From: Gemmatimonadaceae bacterium
GTDB lineage: Bacteria > Gemmatimonadota > Gemmatimonadetes > Gemmatimonadales > Gemmatimonadaceae
Reading direction: 5' to 3'
Length of the DNA stretch: 64,000 bases
NCBI GenBank assembly: GCA_046262755.1
Contig: JBHEME010000001.1
Location: 42,250-106,249 of the forward strand
The position numbers and the translations under genes were made by a program. This document shows, piece by piece, positions 46,671 through 56,729 of this stretch (positions are counted from its first letter, which is position 1; each line of letters starts with the position of its first letter). The notes beneath the pieces were generated by a model. That model searched no databases. It saw only the letters and a program-made list of their open reading frames with translations, and was not told the origin of the DNA.

Positions 46671-48012
46671 CGTGAACCTGAAGGGGTCCAAATTCGAGTT
46701 CTGCCAACGGTCCGGTGAGGGCCTTTGCATCGCCTACCACCACGATTTGAAGCTGCTCGGGGTGAATGTGCGACTGGGCAGCTCTGAGTACATCCGAGGA
46801 CGTGACTCTCCGAATGTTCTCTCGGTAGGAATCGTAGTAGTCCGCAGGCAAGCCATAGATGACTCGGTTGGCCAGTGCCGATGCGATCGCCGAAGTGGTT
46901 TCGTATCGGATCGGGAAAACTCCGTCAAGGTAATCCTTGGCGAGAGAGAGCTCGGCATCAGACACCAGTTCCGCTCTGATTCGGTCGATTTCGAGCAGGA
47001 TCTCTCTGATCGCGGCTTGAGTGACATCGCTTTGCACCGCGGTCGAGACGACGAAGGGTCCGGCTCCCCGCCGCCAGTCGTAATACGACGATGCGCCATA
47101 GGTGTAGCCATGCACCTCACGCAAGTTAAGGTTGATGCGCGATCCAAAAAGTCCACCCAGGATTGCGTTCATTACCAGCGTCGGAAAAAAGTCCGGGTGG
47201 AGCCTTGGCAATCCGACGTGTCCGACCCTCAGCTCCGACTGTGGTGCGTCAATTTTGTGCACGAGCTGAATCCTTCGAGTCCTCGATCTCGGATTAGTGG
47301 TGACGGGAGAGTGATTGACATGCCCTTTCCTCAAGTTCTTCAGAACATCGGAGACGACCCTTCTGCTCGCGTGCGCTGTTATGTCACCAGCCAGCAGCAC
47401 GGTCGATACAGACGAGGTGTAGTTGGAGTGATAAAACTCCTTCACATCTTTTCGGGTTAGTGCTTTGACGCTGGATTCACTGCCTTCATCGGGCTGGGAA
47501 TATCTCGATTGGTCCGCGTAGACGAACTCGGAGAATTTTTCGTCCGCGAGGCCACGGGGTTCGGTCTCCAGCTGTAGAATTTCGGCGAGACGCTCTGCCT
47601 TTAGGCGTTCTATCTCCCGCTCAGCGAACTGGGGCTGTGTTATTACCTGGCCCAGCAGAGCCAGCGCTGGCTGAAGGTTCTGGGAGAGAGTGGTGATCTT
47701 GAGAAATGCGCTGTCCCAATCCGCTCCTGTTTCCACGGAAGTGCCGAGTTCTTCGAACTTCTCGGCCAGTTCCGCACCGTCATATTGCTCAGTCCCTTCG
47801 GCAAGAAGGGCGGCCGTAAGTGAAGCTATTCCTTCCTTGCCTAACGGGTCGTTGCTTGATCCAGCGTCGACCGCAATTAGAACAGTGACAACTGGAAGCT
47901 TCTTGACGGCTGCCGTGATCAGGCGCACGCCACTCGGCAGTATTTCTTCGACTGAACTAGGAAACCGATAGGGGCGCGATGGCTGTGATTTTGGCCGAGC
48001 TATCGCGACCAT
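46660..48012 (-). CDS. M16 family peptidase-like protein, non-catalytic type (no HxxEH), no signal peptide
   Basis: The 450-aa ORF has ASLTAALLAEGT in the position of the zinc motif, on an M16 C-terminal fold. Confidence 0.8.
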   Translation of the reverse strand: MVAIARPKSQPSRPYRFPSSVEEILPSGVRLITAAVKKLPVVTVLIAVDAGSSNDPLGKEGIASLTAALLAEGTEQYDGAELAEKFEELGTSVETGADWDSAFLKITTLSQNLQPALALLGQVITQPQFAEREIERLKAERLAEILQLETEPRGLADEKFSEFVYADQSRYSQPDEGSESSVKALTRKDVKEFYHSNYTSSVSTVLLAGDITAHASRRVVSDVLKNLRKGHVNHSPVTTNPRSRTRRIQLVHKIDAPQSELRVGHVGLPRLHPDFFPTLVMNAILGGLFGSRINLNLREVHGYTYGASSYYDWRRGAGPFVVSTAVQSDVTQAAIREILLEIDRIRAELVSDAELSLAKDYLDGVFPIRYETTSAIASALANRVIYGLPADYYDSYRENIRRVTSSDVLRAAQSHIHPEQLQIVVVGDAKALTGPLAELEFGPLQVHDGR

Positions 48013-49322
48013 TAGCGGGCGCCCGCAACCGCTGCCAGAATCTCCTCGGATCCATTTCCGTCTTTCGGTACATATAGCAGACTTGCCCGATTGTCTTCGC
48101 CACAGCGCTCAGCAATGAACTGGTTGATCTTTTCCGCGGTAGCTGCCTGATACTTGGTTGCTTGCTCGTTTATCAGCTCCGGCTCGTGAAAGTAGGTCGC
48201 GAACAGGGAGAGTCTGTCGGCGCGTTCCCCCGCGGCCTGAAGCGAAGCAATCAAATCGGTCTCAATCAACGAAATTGCCCTTTGGACTTCATTGGCAGTG
48301 ACTCCCCTTTCGTAGAGGAGATCCATTTCGCGGTTCACTTCTTGTTCGAGCTGGCTTAGCGGGACACCAGGGCGCGCGGTAACGTCGATTACGAGAAGAT
48401 CCGTACCCTTTGCCAGGTCAAAAGTGAATGCTCCTGCTTCCGCGGCGATCTGGCGTTCGCGCACTAGAGAGCGGTGCAGCCGGCTTCCTTTACGCAAACC
48501 AAGTATCGCGGAGCATACACTGGCCGCGTAATAGCTATCGCTCCCAAAAACTGGCGATCGCAAAGCCAGGAATAGCCTCGGAAGACTCACGTCATCCGGG
48601 ACTACCTCCCGCAGCGGTTCGCCGAAAACCGGCGGGAGATTCATCGGTGGAAGTGGGGGAACGCCTTTGCCTCTTGGAATCGGACCGAAGAAATCCTCGA
48701 TGAGCTTGCGGGCCTCACGTGGATCGAAATCACCAGCGACCGAAAGGACTGCGTTGTCAGGTGTGTAGTAGGTAGCGAAGAATTGCGCGACGTCTTCCAG
48801 CGAAGCTGCTGATAGATCTTCCATCGACCCAATCAATGAGTGCTGAAACGGGTGCGTTGGCGGGAAAACCAGCTCCTGAAGTTTCTCGAGCATCGTACCA
48901 TAAGGCTGGTTGTCAACCGACCATCGTCGTTCGTTTTTCACCACATCACGCTGCGTATCGAGCTTCTCCTGTGTCATCGCGGGCAGAAGCTCTCCCATTC
49001 GATCAGCCTCGAGCCACAAAGCCAAAGCAAGCTCGTTCGAGGGGACGGTTTCGAAGTAATTCGTTCGCTCGAGCCACGTTGATCCATTGAGTGTTCCCCC
49101 CGCTCGTTGGATCAATTCGAAATGCTCATTCGAGCCGACATGCGCGGATCCTTGGAAGAGCATGTGCTCGAACAGATGCGCGAATCCGGTCCGTCCGGGG
49201 CGCTCATTAGCCGAGCCAACGTGATACCAGAGGTTCACGGCAGCGATCGGTGCAGTATGATCCTCGGAGAAAGTGACGAACAGTCCGTTGTCGAGGTGAA
49301 ACGTTTCTATTGGAATTCGCAT
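48012..49322 (-). CDS. M16 family zinc peptidase (HxxEH), no signal peptide
   Basis: The protein contains GFAHLFEHMLFQGS. The start is at internal Met23 (MRIPIETFHLDNGL). The listed N-terminal extension overlaps the divergent hydrolase gene. Confidence 0.85.
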   Translation of the reverse strand: MRIPIETFHLDNGLFVTFSEDHTAPIAAVNLWYHVGSANERPGRTGFAHLFEHMLFQGSAHVGSNEHFELIQRAGGTLNGSTWLERTNYFETVPSNELALALWLEADRMGELLPAMTQEKLDTQRDVVKNERRWSVDNQPYGTMLEKLQELVFPPTHPFQHSLIGSMEDLSAASLEDVAQFFATYYTPDNAVLSVAGDFDPREARKLIEDFFGPIPRGKGVPPLPPMNLPPVFGEPLREVVPDDVSLPRLFLALRSPVFGSDSYYAASVCSAILGLRKGSRLHRSLVRERQIAAEAGAFTFDLAKGTDLLVIDVTARPGVPLSQLEQEVNREMDLLYERGVTANEVQRAISLIETDLIASLQAAGERADRLSLFATYFHEPELINEQATKYQAATAEKINQFIAERCGEDNRASLLYVPKDGNGSEEILAAVAGAR

Positions 49323-49375
49323 TGTCGTAAATTGCCGGCCATGCAAAGGCACTGGAACCCCCTGAAAACGCTCAA

Positions 49376-50182
49376 GTGATCGCCGCACTTGTCATTCTCC
49401 TGCTACTCAGCGGGTTTCTTTTCTCCTTGTGGCAAGGGCAGGAGCGGATTCTCTTCCAGCCCCCTCGGCTGTACGACACATCGGAGGAGCCCGGTCGTGT
49501 CGAATATGTCGCAAAGGATGGCCAGGCTCTCGTCGGCTATTTGGTGGGTGATCCACGCACTACTAGAAAGGTTTTGCTCTGCTTTCACGGGAACGCGGAT
49601 CTCGCGATGTGGCAGATCGCTTGGGCGAGACAGGTTTCCGAGCGCACTGGCATGACGGTATTTCTAGCCGAGTACCGCGGTTACATGTCACTCGGCGGGA
49701 GACCGAGTTACTACAGTACTAAGCTCGACTCCGACGCCGCGTACGAGTATGTGCAAGCAAAACTCGGCTTCGAGGCTTCGGAAATCGCGTTGTTTGGCCA
49801 CTCACTGGGTAGCGCGGTCGCCACTGAGCTGGCACAACGACACCAGCCCTTTGCTCTGCTTCTGCAATCTCCTTTCACGTCGGCACGAGCGATGGCTCGC
49901 CTGATAGTCTCGCCTCCCGTAGAGCTCGTCTGGAACAGGATGTCACGCATTCACTTCGACACCCGAAACGAGGTTTCTGAGCTTGACGTTCCCGTATCGG
50001 TATCACACGGAAAACGCGATCTCATTGTCCCCTTCCGCATGGGAATCGAGATTTACGAGGCGGCGAGAAAAAAGGGAGAGCTACTCGTTGTCGAGAAGGC
50101 TGGACACAACGACATAGTGGACGTCGCCGGCGAAGCCTACTGGGATTGGATGACTGCCGCGCTGAAAAGCGACAGTCATTGA
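49376..50182 (+). CDS. Alpha/beta hydrolase with an N-terminal membrane anchor
   Basis: The 268-aa ORF has a GTG start, a hydrophobic N-terminus (IAALVILLLLSGFLF), a GHSLGS nucleophile elbow and a C-terminal GHND. Confidence 0.8.
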   Translation: MIAALVILLLLSGFLFSLWQGQERILFQPPRLYDTSEEPGRVEYVAKDGQALVGYLVGDPRTTRKVLLCFHGNADLAMWQIAWARQVSERTGMTVFLAEYRGYMSLGGRPSYYSTKLDSDAAYEYVQAKLGFEASEIALFGHSLGSAVATELAQRHQPFALLLQSPFTSARAMARLIVSPPVELVWNRMSRIHFDTRNEVSELDVPVSVSHGKRDLIVPFRMGIEIYEAARKKGELLVVEKAGHNDIVDVAGEAYWDWMTAALKSDSH

Positions 50183-51618
50183 ATTGGCTGCCCCGAAATA
50201 TCTCTGATTGAGACCGGGCCCAGGTTTGTCGCCTTTAATCCTTGTTCAATGGTTTTGCGGTCACCGACGATCACGACTGCCAGGGAACCAGGGTTGATGT
50301 ATTGCTGCGCAACTCTGATTACATCGGCCTGCGTAACACTCTCGATGTTCTGCACATAATTGTTGTAGTAGTCGAGAGGCAGATTGTAGAGCGCGACCGG
50401 AATGAGTGCGTTGGCAATTTGCTGTGTGGTCTCGAATCTTCCGGGAAGCTGCAGTTGCAGATACCTCTTCGTGCGCGATAGCTCATCCGCCGAAACCGAT
50501 TGTCGGATTCCATTCAGCTCTTTCATGAACTCGAGAAGCGCGGAATCACTTTTCGCGGCGACGATCTCGGCTGAAGCGGTAAAAGGGCCAGCAGCACGAC
50601 GCATATCGAATCGCGAGCCCGCACCGTACGTATATCCTCGGGTTTCACGCAGATTTTGATTCAAACGGCTGGTAAACGAATCACCAAGGAGCGTGTTCAT
50701 GACCGTTAACGCGAAGTAATCCTTGGTTGAGCGGGGGACTCCTACCGATCCGATACGGAACGAAGACTGGGCTGCACCCGGCTTATCGATCAAATAGATA
50801 GTAGTCGTGCCGGCCTTGGGGGGCTCACCGTAAGTCAGCTGTGGGACATCGCCTCTCTGCCAGGCACCGAACAGTGCATTGAGTTTCTGTTCTATCTGAT
50901 TTGGATTCACGTCGCCAACAACTATCAGCGTGGCGTTGTTCGGCCTGAAGTTCGTCTGATAGTAGGTCTGCAAATCAGCGGTACTCAAAGTTTTTACAGA
51001 GGCTTCGGTTCCAATAAGAGCTGCCCCATACGGATGGCCTGTTCCGTAGACGATTGCTGGAAACGCGATATTGGCAATGGCAGGTCCCTGATCCCTCAGC
51101 TGCAGAAGCTCCGTCAAACGGTTCTTTCTTAGCCGTTCGAACTCGTTCGCAGGAAAGGACGGGTGCAGCGCCACATCGGCAAATAGTGCGAGCGCACTAT
51201 CCAGTTGCGCCGTCGGCGTGTGCAGTGACAGCGTGCTCGATTCCCAACTGCTCGACGAATTCAGATTGATTCCGAGGAATGCTACCTGATCCGCGATTTC
51301 CAGGCTCTTTCGAGATGTGGTTCCTTCGCGCAGCATCGCAGCCGTTAGGTTTGCCACTCCCGATTTTGCGGCAGCATCCGCGGTGGCCCCGCTGCCCACG
51401 AGCAGTACGAAATCCGCCAGCGGCAACTCATGCTGCTCGACAATCATCAGCTTTAGCCCGTTCGGAAGCTGTCTCGTAATGATGGGGGGCAGGGAGACTC
51501 GCGGTGGCGGACCGAGTTCGGGCGGCTTGGTTCGGTCGATTGTCCCCTGCGCGCCCAGTGACTGCACAGCGAGCAGTGCCGCTACACTGATGACGCCCGC
51601 TTTTTGAATCCTCTTCAT
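50176..51618 (-). CDS. M16 family peptidase-like protein, non-catalytic type, exported
   Basis: The 480-aa ORF has a signal peptide (MKRIQKAGVISVAALLAVQSLGAQG). It has ANLTAAMLREGT in place of HxxEH. Confidence 0.8.
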   Translation of the reverse strand: MKRIQKAGVISVAALLAVQSLGAQGTIDRTKPPELGPPPRVSLPPIITRQLPNGLKLMIVEQHELPLADFVLLVGSGATADAAAKSGVANLTAAMLREGTTSRKSLEIADQVAFLGINLNSSSSWESSTLSLHTPTAQLDSALALFADVALHPSFPANEFERLRKNRLTELLQLRDQGPAIANIAFPAIVYGTGHPYGAALIGTEASVKTLSTADLQTYYQTNFRPNNATLIVVGDVNPNQIEQKLNALFGAWQRGDVPQLTYGEPPKAGTTTIYLIDKPGAAQSSFRIGSVGVPRSTKDYFALTVMNTLLGDSFTSRLNQNLRETRGYTYGAGSRFDMRRAAGPFTASAEIVAAKSDSALLEFMKELNGIRQSVSADELSRTKRYLQLQLPGRFETTQQIANALIPVALYNLPLDYYNNYVQNIESVTQADVIRVAQQYINPGSLAVVIVGDRKTIEQGLKATNLGPVSIRDISGQPIQ

Positions 51619-52994
51619 TGAGCACCTCCACTTGCTGTCAGCATCAACTCTCTCTTCCCCTCGGGTACCACTGTGAGAACGATCTTCGGGCGTCCGAGAT
51701 AGGTTCTCGCCACCCGCTGCACATCCGCTGCAGTCACACGCTCATAACGCGCGGCATCCTGCTGCACATAGTCCGGCGTGCCCTTGAAGTAGTTGTAGGT
51801 GTTCAGCACTTCGGACTTGCCCAGTACGCTGGCCAGTCGGTTTAGAAAGCTCGCTTTGTAAAGGTTCTGGGCTCGCTGCAGCTCGCGCGCGCTCACCCCA
51901 CCACTTATCACATTCGCTATTTCGGTTTGCACGAGCCGATCGATATCTGCGGATTTCTGTCCCGGCTTGGGCGTTATTTCTATCTGGAAATAACCGTCCA
52001 GCCGGCTCCCGTTCTGGAACGCGCTGACGCTTTGCGCGACCTGCAGATCGTAAACCAGCTTCTTGTAGAGTCGCGAGTTCTTATCGTTGGCAACGATCTG
52101 CGCCAGAATGTCGAGCGCCGCATCGTCATTAGCAAAGTTCTTCACTGAATGCCACGTGTAATAAAGACGTGGTAGCTGAACCTTGTCTTCGAGAACCAGA
52201 AAGGTATCGCGAGGAATGGACACTGCCGGGACCGATGTGCGTCTGTGAACTGCCGGACCTCTCGGAATAGGGCCGAAATACTGCGCTATCAGCTTCTTGG
52301 TACTCGCGCGATCGAAGTCTCCGGCGACGGTCAGTGTCGCGTTGTTCGGCGCATAGTAGGTCCGAAAGAAATTCTGTACGTCCGTAAGCGACGCTGCGCT
52401 GAGATCGGTCATCGAGCCGATCACGGGCCAGGAGTACGGATGCGATTTCGGATACAGGGCGGCAAGAATCGTTTCGTCTGCTTTCCCGTAGGGAACGTTG
52501 TCAACTCTTTGTCGGCGCTCGTTCTTCACCACATCGCGCTGCAAATCGACCTTCGGGAGATCCATTGTCGGCAGCAGGTATCCCATTCGGTCCGAATCGA
52601 GCCATAAAGCGAGTGGCAGGGCGTTCGAGGGAAGCGTCTCGTAGTAGTTTGTTCGATCTTCCGTCGTAGAGCCGTTGTTGTTGGCACCGGCCGCTTCCAG
52701 CTGTTGGTCAAAAGCCCCCACAGGTACATGCTGCGATCCCATGAACATGATGTGCTCGAACAGGTGCGCAAACCCGGTCCTGCCGACCTGCTCGTCTCCT
52801 GAGCCGACGTGATACCACGTATTAACGGCGACGATTGGGGTTGAGTGGTCCTCGTGAAGGATCACCTCGAGACCGTTCGGCAGCGTGTACTTCTCGAACT
52901 GGATGCGGGGTACTGTTTGCCCGCCGGCAACAGTGGCCAAGGCAGCTAGGCCCGTTAGGTAGCACAATGATACTAAGGCGGTTTTCTTCCTCAC
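51615..52994 (-). CDS. M16 family zinc peptidase (HxxEH), exported
   Basis: The 459-aa ORF has a signal peptide (MRKKTALVSLCYLTGLAALATVAGGQ) and contains GFAHLFEHIMFMGS. It overlaps the downstream partner gene by 4 nt. Confidence 0.85.
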   Translation of the reverse strand: MRKKTALVSLCYLTGLAALATVAGGQTVPRIQFEKYTLPNGLEVILHEDHSTPIVAVNTWYHVGSGDEQVGRTGFAHLFEHIMFMGSQHVPVGAFDQQLEAAGANNNGSTTEDRTNYYETLPSNALPLALWLDSDRMGYLLPTMDLPKVDLQRDVVKNERRQRVDNVPYGKADETILAALYPKSHPYSWPVIGSMTDLSAASLTDVQNFFRTYYAPNNATLTVAGDFDRASTKKLIAQYFGPIPRGPAVHRRTSVPAVSIPRDTFLVLEDKVQLPRLYYTWHSVKNFANDDAALDILAQIVANDKNSRLYKKLVYDLQVAQSVSAFQNGSRLDGYFQIEITPKPGQKSADIDRLVQTEIANVISGGVSARELQRAQNLYKASFLNRLASVLGKSEVLNTYNYFKGTPDYVQQDAARYERVTAADVQRVARTYLGRPKIVLTVVPEGKRELMLTASGGAQ

Positions 52995-53614
52995 AGCTTC
53001 CTCTCAAAAAAGAATGCCAATGGAGCCTTTACCGATTCGCTAAAGATATACTTCCAGCGCTCTTCGCGGTTCGGATCGATTGGGCTGGTCCGTGTCGGTG
53101 AGGTGAACGGCGTGAAGCCAAACCGACGGGCCAGAATACGCAGCCTGAGCATATGGAACGGGTCGCTAACGAGTAGCGCAGTCTGGAGCCCCCGTACCTC
53201 GAGCATTCCCGCTACCGCTCGCATCGACTCGCTGGTCGTGCGGCCCTCATTTTCCACCAGGATCGCGGTATCAGGCACACCCCGTTTTCTCGCATACTTT
53301 CTCCCGACAGCCGCTTCGCTGGTAGTGTCCCCCGCGCCCGTACCGCCGGTGAGGATTAATAGCGAGGCCAAGTGCTTGTTCCACAGCTCGAGAGCATGGT
53401 CAAGGCGTGCGCGCAGAACGGGTGATGGCCTCCCGGCGTATTGAGCTGCGCCAAGCACTACTATAGCCTGTGCAGGTCTCGCTTCGTCGCGTCCGCTCCA
53501 AATGAGGACCGAGGTGGCAGAGATTACCCACAGTGCAGCCACGATTATGAACACGATGGTGAGAGATCGCCGAATCAGCGTGACGACGCGCTTGGCCTTG
53601 GCAGTTCCTCTCAT
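52991..53614 (-). CDS. DUF218 (YdcF/ElyC/SanA-like) membrane-anchored protein
   Basis: The 207-aa ORF has an N-terminal TM segment. It contains AIVVLGAAQYAGRPSPVLRARLDHALELW...LILTGG, the DUF218 pattern. Confidence 0.8.
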   Translation of the reverse strand: MRGTAKAKRVVTLIRRSLTIVFIIVAALWVISATSVLIWSGRDEARPAQAIVVLGAAQYAGRPSPVLRARLDHALELWNKHLASLLILTGGTGAGDTTSEAAVGRKYARKRGVPDTAILVENEGRTTSESMRAVAGMLEVRGLQTALLVSDPFHMLRLRILARRFGFTPFTSPTRTSPIDPNREERWKYIFSESVKAPLAFFFERKL

Positions 53615-53628
53615 GACTGGAAGCTACG

Positions 53629-55011
53629 CTAGAAAACATGGCGTGTGTGAGGCTCTGGACAGTTGACCGAGTACCCTTTTGCCGTAAGCGCTGATCTGAA
53701 TTCGTCCTGGACCAGGGCCTCACCGTGAACTAGCCACACGGGTCCGAGCCGCGGGGATTTCTCTTTGACTCTCCCCAACCAGGTCGTCATTTCCGTTCTG
53801 TCGGCGTGCGCGCTGTACCCGTCTATGACCTCCACACGCGCGTGCAGCGGAACTTCTTCACCAAAGATGTGAAGGATCGGTTGTCTCTCCACTACGCGGC
53901 GACCTAACGTGTGCTCTGCCTGGAAGCCGACGACGAGTATCGTGTTTCTGGGATCGCTCGCGCCTTGCGCCAGGTGATGAACGATGCGGCCATTTTCCAT
54001 CATCCCTGACGCAGCGATAATGACCATCGGCCCGTGCGCCCGCGAGAGAGCTTTGGATTCTTCCACATCCCGCGTGTAGTGAAGGAGCTCGAACCGAAAC
54101 AGCTCGTTTGCCTTTTGCACCATTTCTTCCGACCGGTCAAAGCTTTCGGGATGCATTTCAAACACTGTCGTAGTATCGATAGCCAAAGGGCTATCGACAT
54201 AGATCGGGATTGCCGGAATTGCTCCTTCCTTCGCGAGGGAATGGAGGGCGTAGATCATTTCCTGCGTTCGCCCGACGGCAAAGGCCGGAATCAGGATCCG
54301 TCCTCCTTTCGCGGCGGTGTCCCTGATTACTTGTGCCAACTGCGCGCGGGCACCTTCCACCGACTCGTGGTCGCGGTTCCCATAGGTCGACTCCATGATC
54401 AGGGCATCCGCGCCCTCCGGCGGAATGGGATCCCGAACGATCGCAAGTCCACTGCGGCCAATATCGCCGGAGAAGACCAAACGCCTGGTCTTGCCGCCCT
54501 CGGTACAATCGAGAAGCACGGAAGCCGAGCCTAGTATATGGCCCGCATCGATATACGTGGCACGGATGCCTGGAACGACGTCGAAGGGCCGATTGTACGG
54601 GACACCAACCATGAGGTCCATGGTCCGCACCGCGTGGCGCATTCCATAGAGCGGTTCGACGAAGTCTTTTCTTCGCTTCGCCAGAAATTCCGCGTCTTTT
54701 TCCTGGATGTGCGCAGAATCCGCCAACATCACCGCGGAAAGATCACGCGTCGCTGAAGTCGCCCAGATCGTCCTCGAGTAGCCTTCGGCTACCAGGAAGG
54801 GAAGACGGCCTGAATGATCTATGTGAGCGTGGGAAAGGACGACTGCATCCAGTTCACTGACAGGTGCCGGTAGTTGCCGATTCTTCTCTGCGGCTTCCTG
54901 TCGCTTGCCCTGAAACATCCCACAGTCCAGGGCAACTGTGTGTCCGTTCACGTGCAGAAGATGACAGGAGCCCGTTACTTCGCGTGCAGCACCGACAAAT
55001 GTTATCTCCAA
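53629..55011 (-). CDS. MBL-fold beta-CASP family hydrolase (RNA-metabolising metallo-beta-lactamase)
   Basis: The 460-aa ORF has a TTG start. It has the HxHxDH motif (SHAHIDHSG), a beta-CASP region and a C-terminal SAHAD motif. Confidence 0.85.
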   Translation of the reverse strand: MEITFVGAAREVTGSCHLLHVNGHTVALDCGMFQGKRQEAAEKNRQLPAPVSELDAVVLSHAHIDHSGRLPFLVAEGYSRTIWATSATRDLSAVMLADSAHIQEKDAEFLAKRRKDFVEPLYGMRHAVRTMDLMVGVPYNRPFDVVPGIRATYIDAGHILGSASVLLDCTEGGKTRRLVFSGDIGRSGLAIVRDPIPPEGADALIMESTYGNRDHESVEGARAQLAQVIRDTAAKGGRILIPAFAVGRTQEMIYALHSLAKEGAIPAIPIYVDSPLAIDTTTVFEMHPESFDRSEEMVQKANELFRFELLHYTRDVEESKALSRAHGPMVIIAASGMMENGRIVHHLAQGASDPRNTILVVGFQAEHTLGRRVVERQPILHIFGEEVPLHARVEVIDGYSAHADRTEMTTWLGRVKEKSPRLGPVWLVHGEALVQDEFRSALTAKGYSVNCPEPHTRHVF

Positions 55012-55015
55012 CGAA

Positions 55016-55192
55016 CTAGCCTTCGGCTACCGCATCACGCTGGAAAAGAATGATCAATCGCTGTTCGTCCTGAGACATTAGCGCCGGCTCCCAGCCGCCC
55101 CTGCTTCGCTCGTTCAGTAAGTCCGTGAGCGTGTCTTCATCCTCACGGGTATGACGCGTCAGCTTGACGACAACAGCCTGGTATTCTTTCAT
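55016..55192 (-). CDS. DUF4177-like small protein (58 aa)
   Basis: It is absent from the ORF track because it is shorter than 60 aa. Hand translation gives MKEYQAVVVKLTRHTREDEDTLTDLLNERSRGGWEPALMSQDEQRLIILFQRDAVAEG*. The pattern MxEYxxV...LN..G..GWE matches DUF4177 as I recall it. The ORF ends 4 nt before the beta-CASP gene start. Confidence 0.5.
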   Translation of the reverse strand: MKEYQAVVVKLTRHTREDEDTLTDLLNERSRGGWEPALMSQDEQRLIILFQRDAVAEG

Positions 55193-55255
55193 CGGGGATT
55201 AGAGATTATGAGCCGGTAAGGATCCACGTAGCACTGCCGGAATCCTGGGACTAAA

Positions 55256-55906
55256 ATGATCGAACGCGTGAAGGAATTCCCTTCTCTGACTATTATCCGG
55301 CATCCTCTTGTCCAGCACAAGCTGACAATCCTTCGCGATCAGGAGACCGAGACAAAAAGGTTCAAGGAGCTTGTTGACGAGATCGCCATGCTAATGGCAT
55401 ACGAGGCGACAAGTGAGCTTTCGCTCGAGGCGCGCGAAGTTGCCACCCCTTTGGAAAAAACCTCAGGCTGGCACATCAGCGGTAAAAAGCTGACACTCGT
55501 GCCAATTCTGCGAGCAGGCCTCGGAATGGTGGAGGGAATTCTTCGCCTGGTTCCGTCCGCACGTGTTGGCCACATCGGACTCTATAGAGACCACGGGACC
55601 CTGCTTCCTGTCGACTACTATTTCAAGGTGCCGGGCGACACGGCTGAAAGGGACTTCTTTCTTCTCGACCCGATGCTCGCGACAGGGGGCAGTGCGGCCG
55701 CAGCCGTCTCCTCCTTGAAAAGGGCCGGCGCCAACCGAATTCGCTTTCTATGCCTCGTGGCTGCGCCTGAAGGAGTCCGTAAGTTGAGCCAGGCGCACCC
55801 CGATGTTCAGATCTACTGCGCTGCTCTCGATCGACAAATCAACGACCAGGGATATATCCTGCCTGGCCTCGGCGATGCTGGCGACAGGTTGTTCGGTACA
55901 AGGTAA
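55256..55906 (+). CDS. upp: Uracil phosphoribosyltransferase
   Basis: The 216-aa ORF contains [24 protein letters not shown], the PRPP motif [12 protein letters not shown] and [12 protein letters not shown]. Confidence 0.95.
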   Translation: MIERVKEFPSLTIIRHPLVQHKLTILRDQETETKRFKELVDEIAMLMAYEATSELSLEAREVATPLEKTSGWHISGKKLTLVPILRAGLGMVEGILRLVPSARVGHIGLYRDHGTLLPVDYYFKVPGDTAERDFFLLDPMLATGGSAAAAVSSLKRAGANRIRFLCLVAAPEGVRKLSQAHPDVQIYCAALDRQINDQGYILPGLGDAGDRLFGTR

Positions 55907-55909
55907 ATC

Positions 55910-56560
55910 CTAGCCGAACCATTCTCTCGGATTCAATTTCTGCTGATTGGCGGCATCGACAACCCACTGTTGATTCTGCAGCTCGGTGACTTCTCCCCGT
56001 ACGGCCTCAAACCAGCGTGTCGCCGCCCGTAGATCGCCAATCCGTCTCCAAAGCTCTCCGACCAGGTACGTGAGGATCGCTCGTTCGTCCCGTGGAACCC
56101 CGTCGTAACTTTTTAGTGCATCCTCGAACATCCAGACAGCCTGCCGTCGGAAAAAGCGCTCGGCCTCTACATCCCCTTCATCCACGCAGCACCAGGCCGC
56201 ACGAAGCAGTAGGTCGGCAATGTGACGCGAATCCATTCCCTGCCATTGGGCAACCTTTGCGGCTGCTTCGTATTTCTCCGAGCCACAAATGAGAGAAGGG
56301 CGCAGAGGCGCGAGTTCCCTCAGGACCTGCTGCTTGAGAACTGGGCTTACGTCTGCCGCTCCGGTGAAGTCTGCCTCCCCACCAGAGTAGCCACACTCTC
56401 CGCACATGTGGATGAGATAGGCGAGCGGCTGCGTTCCTGCGGCTCGCTCATGAAAATCGGTGCGTTTCCCACCAAAAGCGTTCGTGGAAACCACGCTCTG
56501 GGACTTGAACTCGTTGTCACACACAGGACAACGAAGCTCTATCTGACGCAGCGTTGTCAT
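55910..56560 (-). CDS. DUF2225-like protein (N-terminal zinc ribbon + helical/TPR-like C-terminal domain)
   Basis: This uses the internal Met44 of the listed ORF, with GGAGG 7 nt upstream. The sequence CPVCDNEFKS...(32 aa)...CGECGYSGGEADF matches the DUF2225 two-CxxC layout. Confidence 0.6.
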   Translation of the reverse strand: MTTLRQIELRCPVCDNEFKSQSVVSTNAFGGKRTDFHERAAGTQPLAYLIHMCGECGYSGGEADFTGAADVSPVLKQQVLRELAPLRPSLICGSEKYEAAAKVAQWQGMDSRHIADLLLRAAWCCVDEGDVEAERFFRRQAVWMFEDALKSYDGVPRDERAILTYLVGELWRRIGDLRAATRWFEAVRGEVTELQNQQWVVDAANQQKLNPREWFG

Positions 56561-56729
56561 AGGCCGTTCCTCCTTCCGCTCACCGCCTCGGGTAAAAAAG
56601 AGAGAGGGAATATCTGTGCCATGTTGAAAAAATTGTTTTGGAAGAGATCGGTCTTGTTGGGACTTTGGGTCGATTGTATCTTCTCGCATCGCAAAAAGGC
56701 GACAAGCTCACCACCCCGCGAACTGGTCG

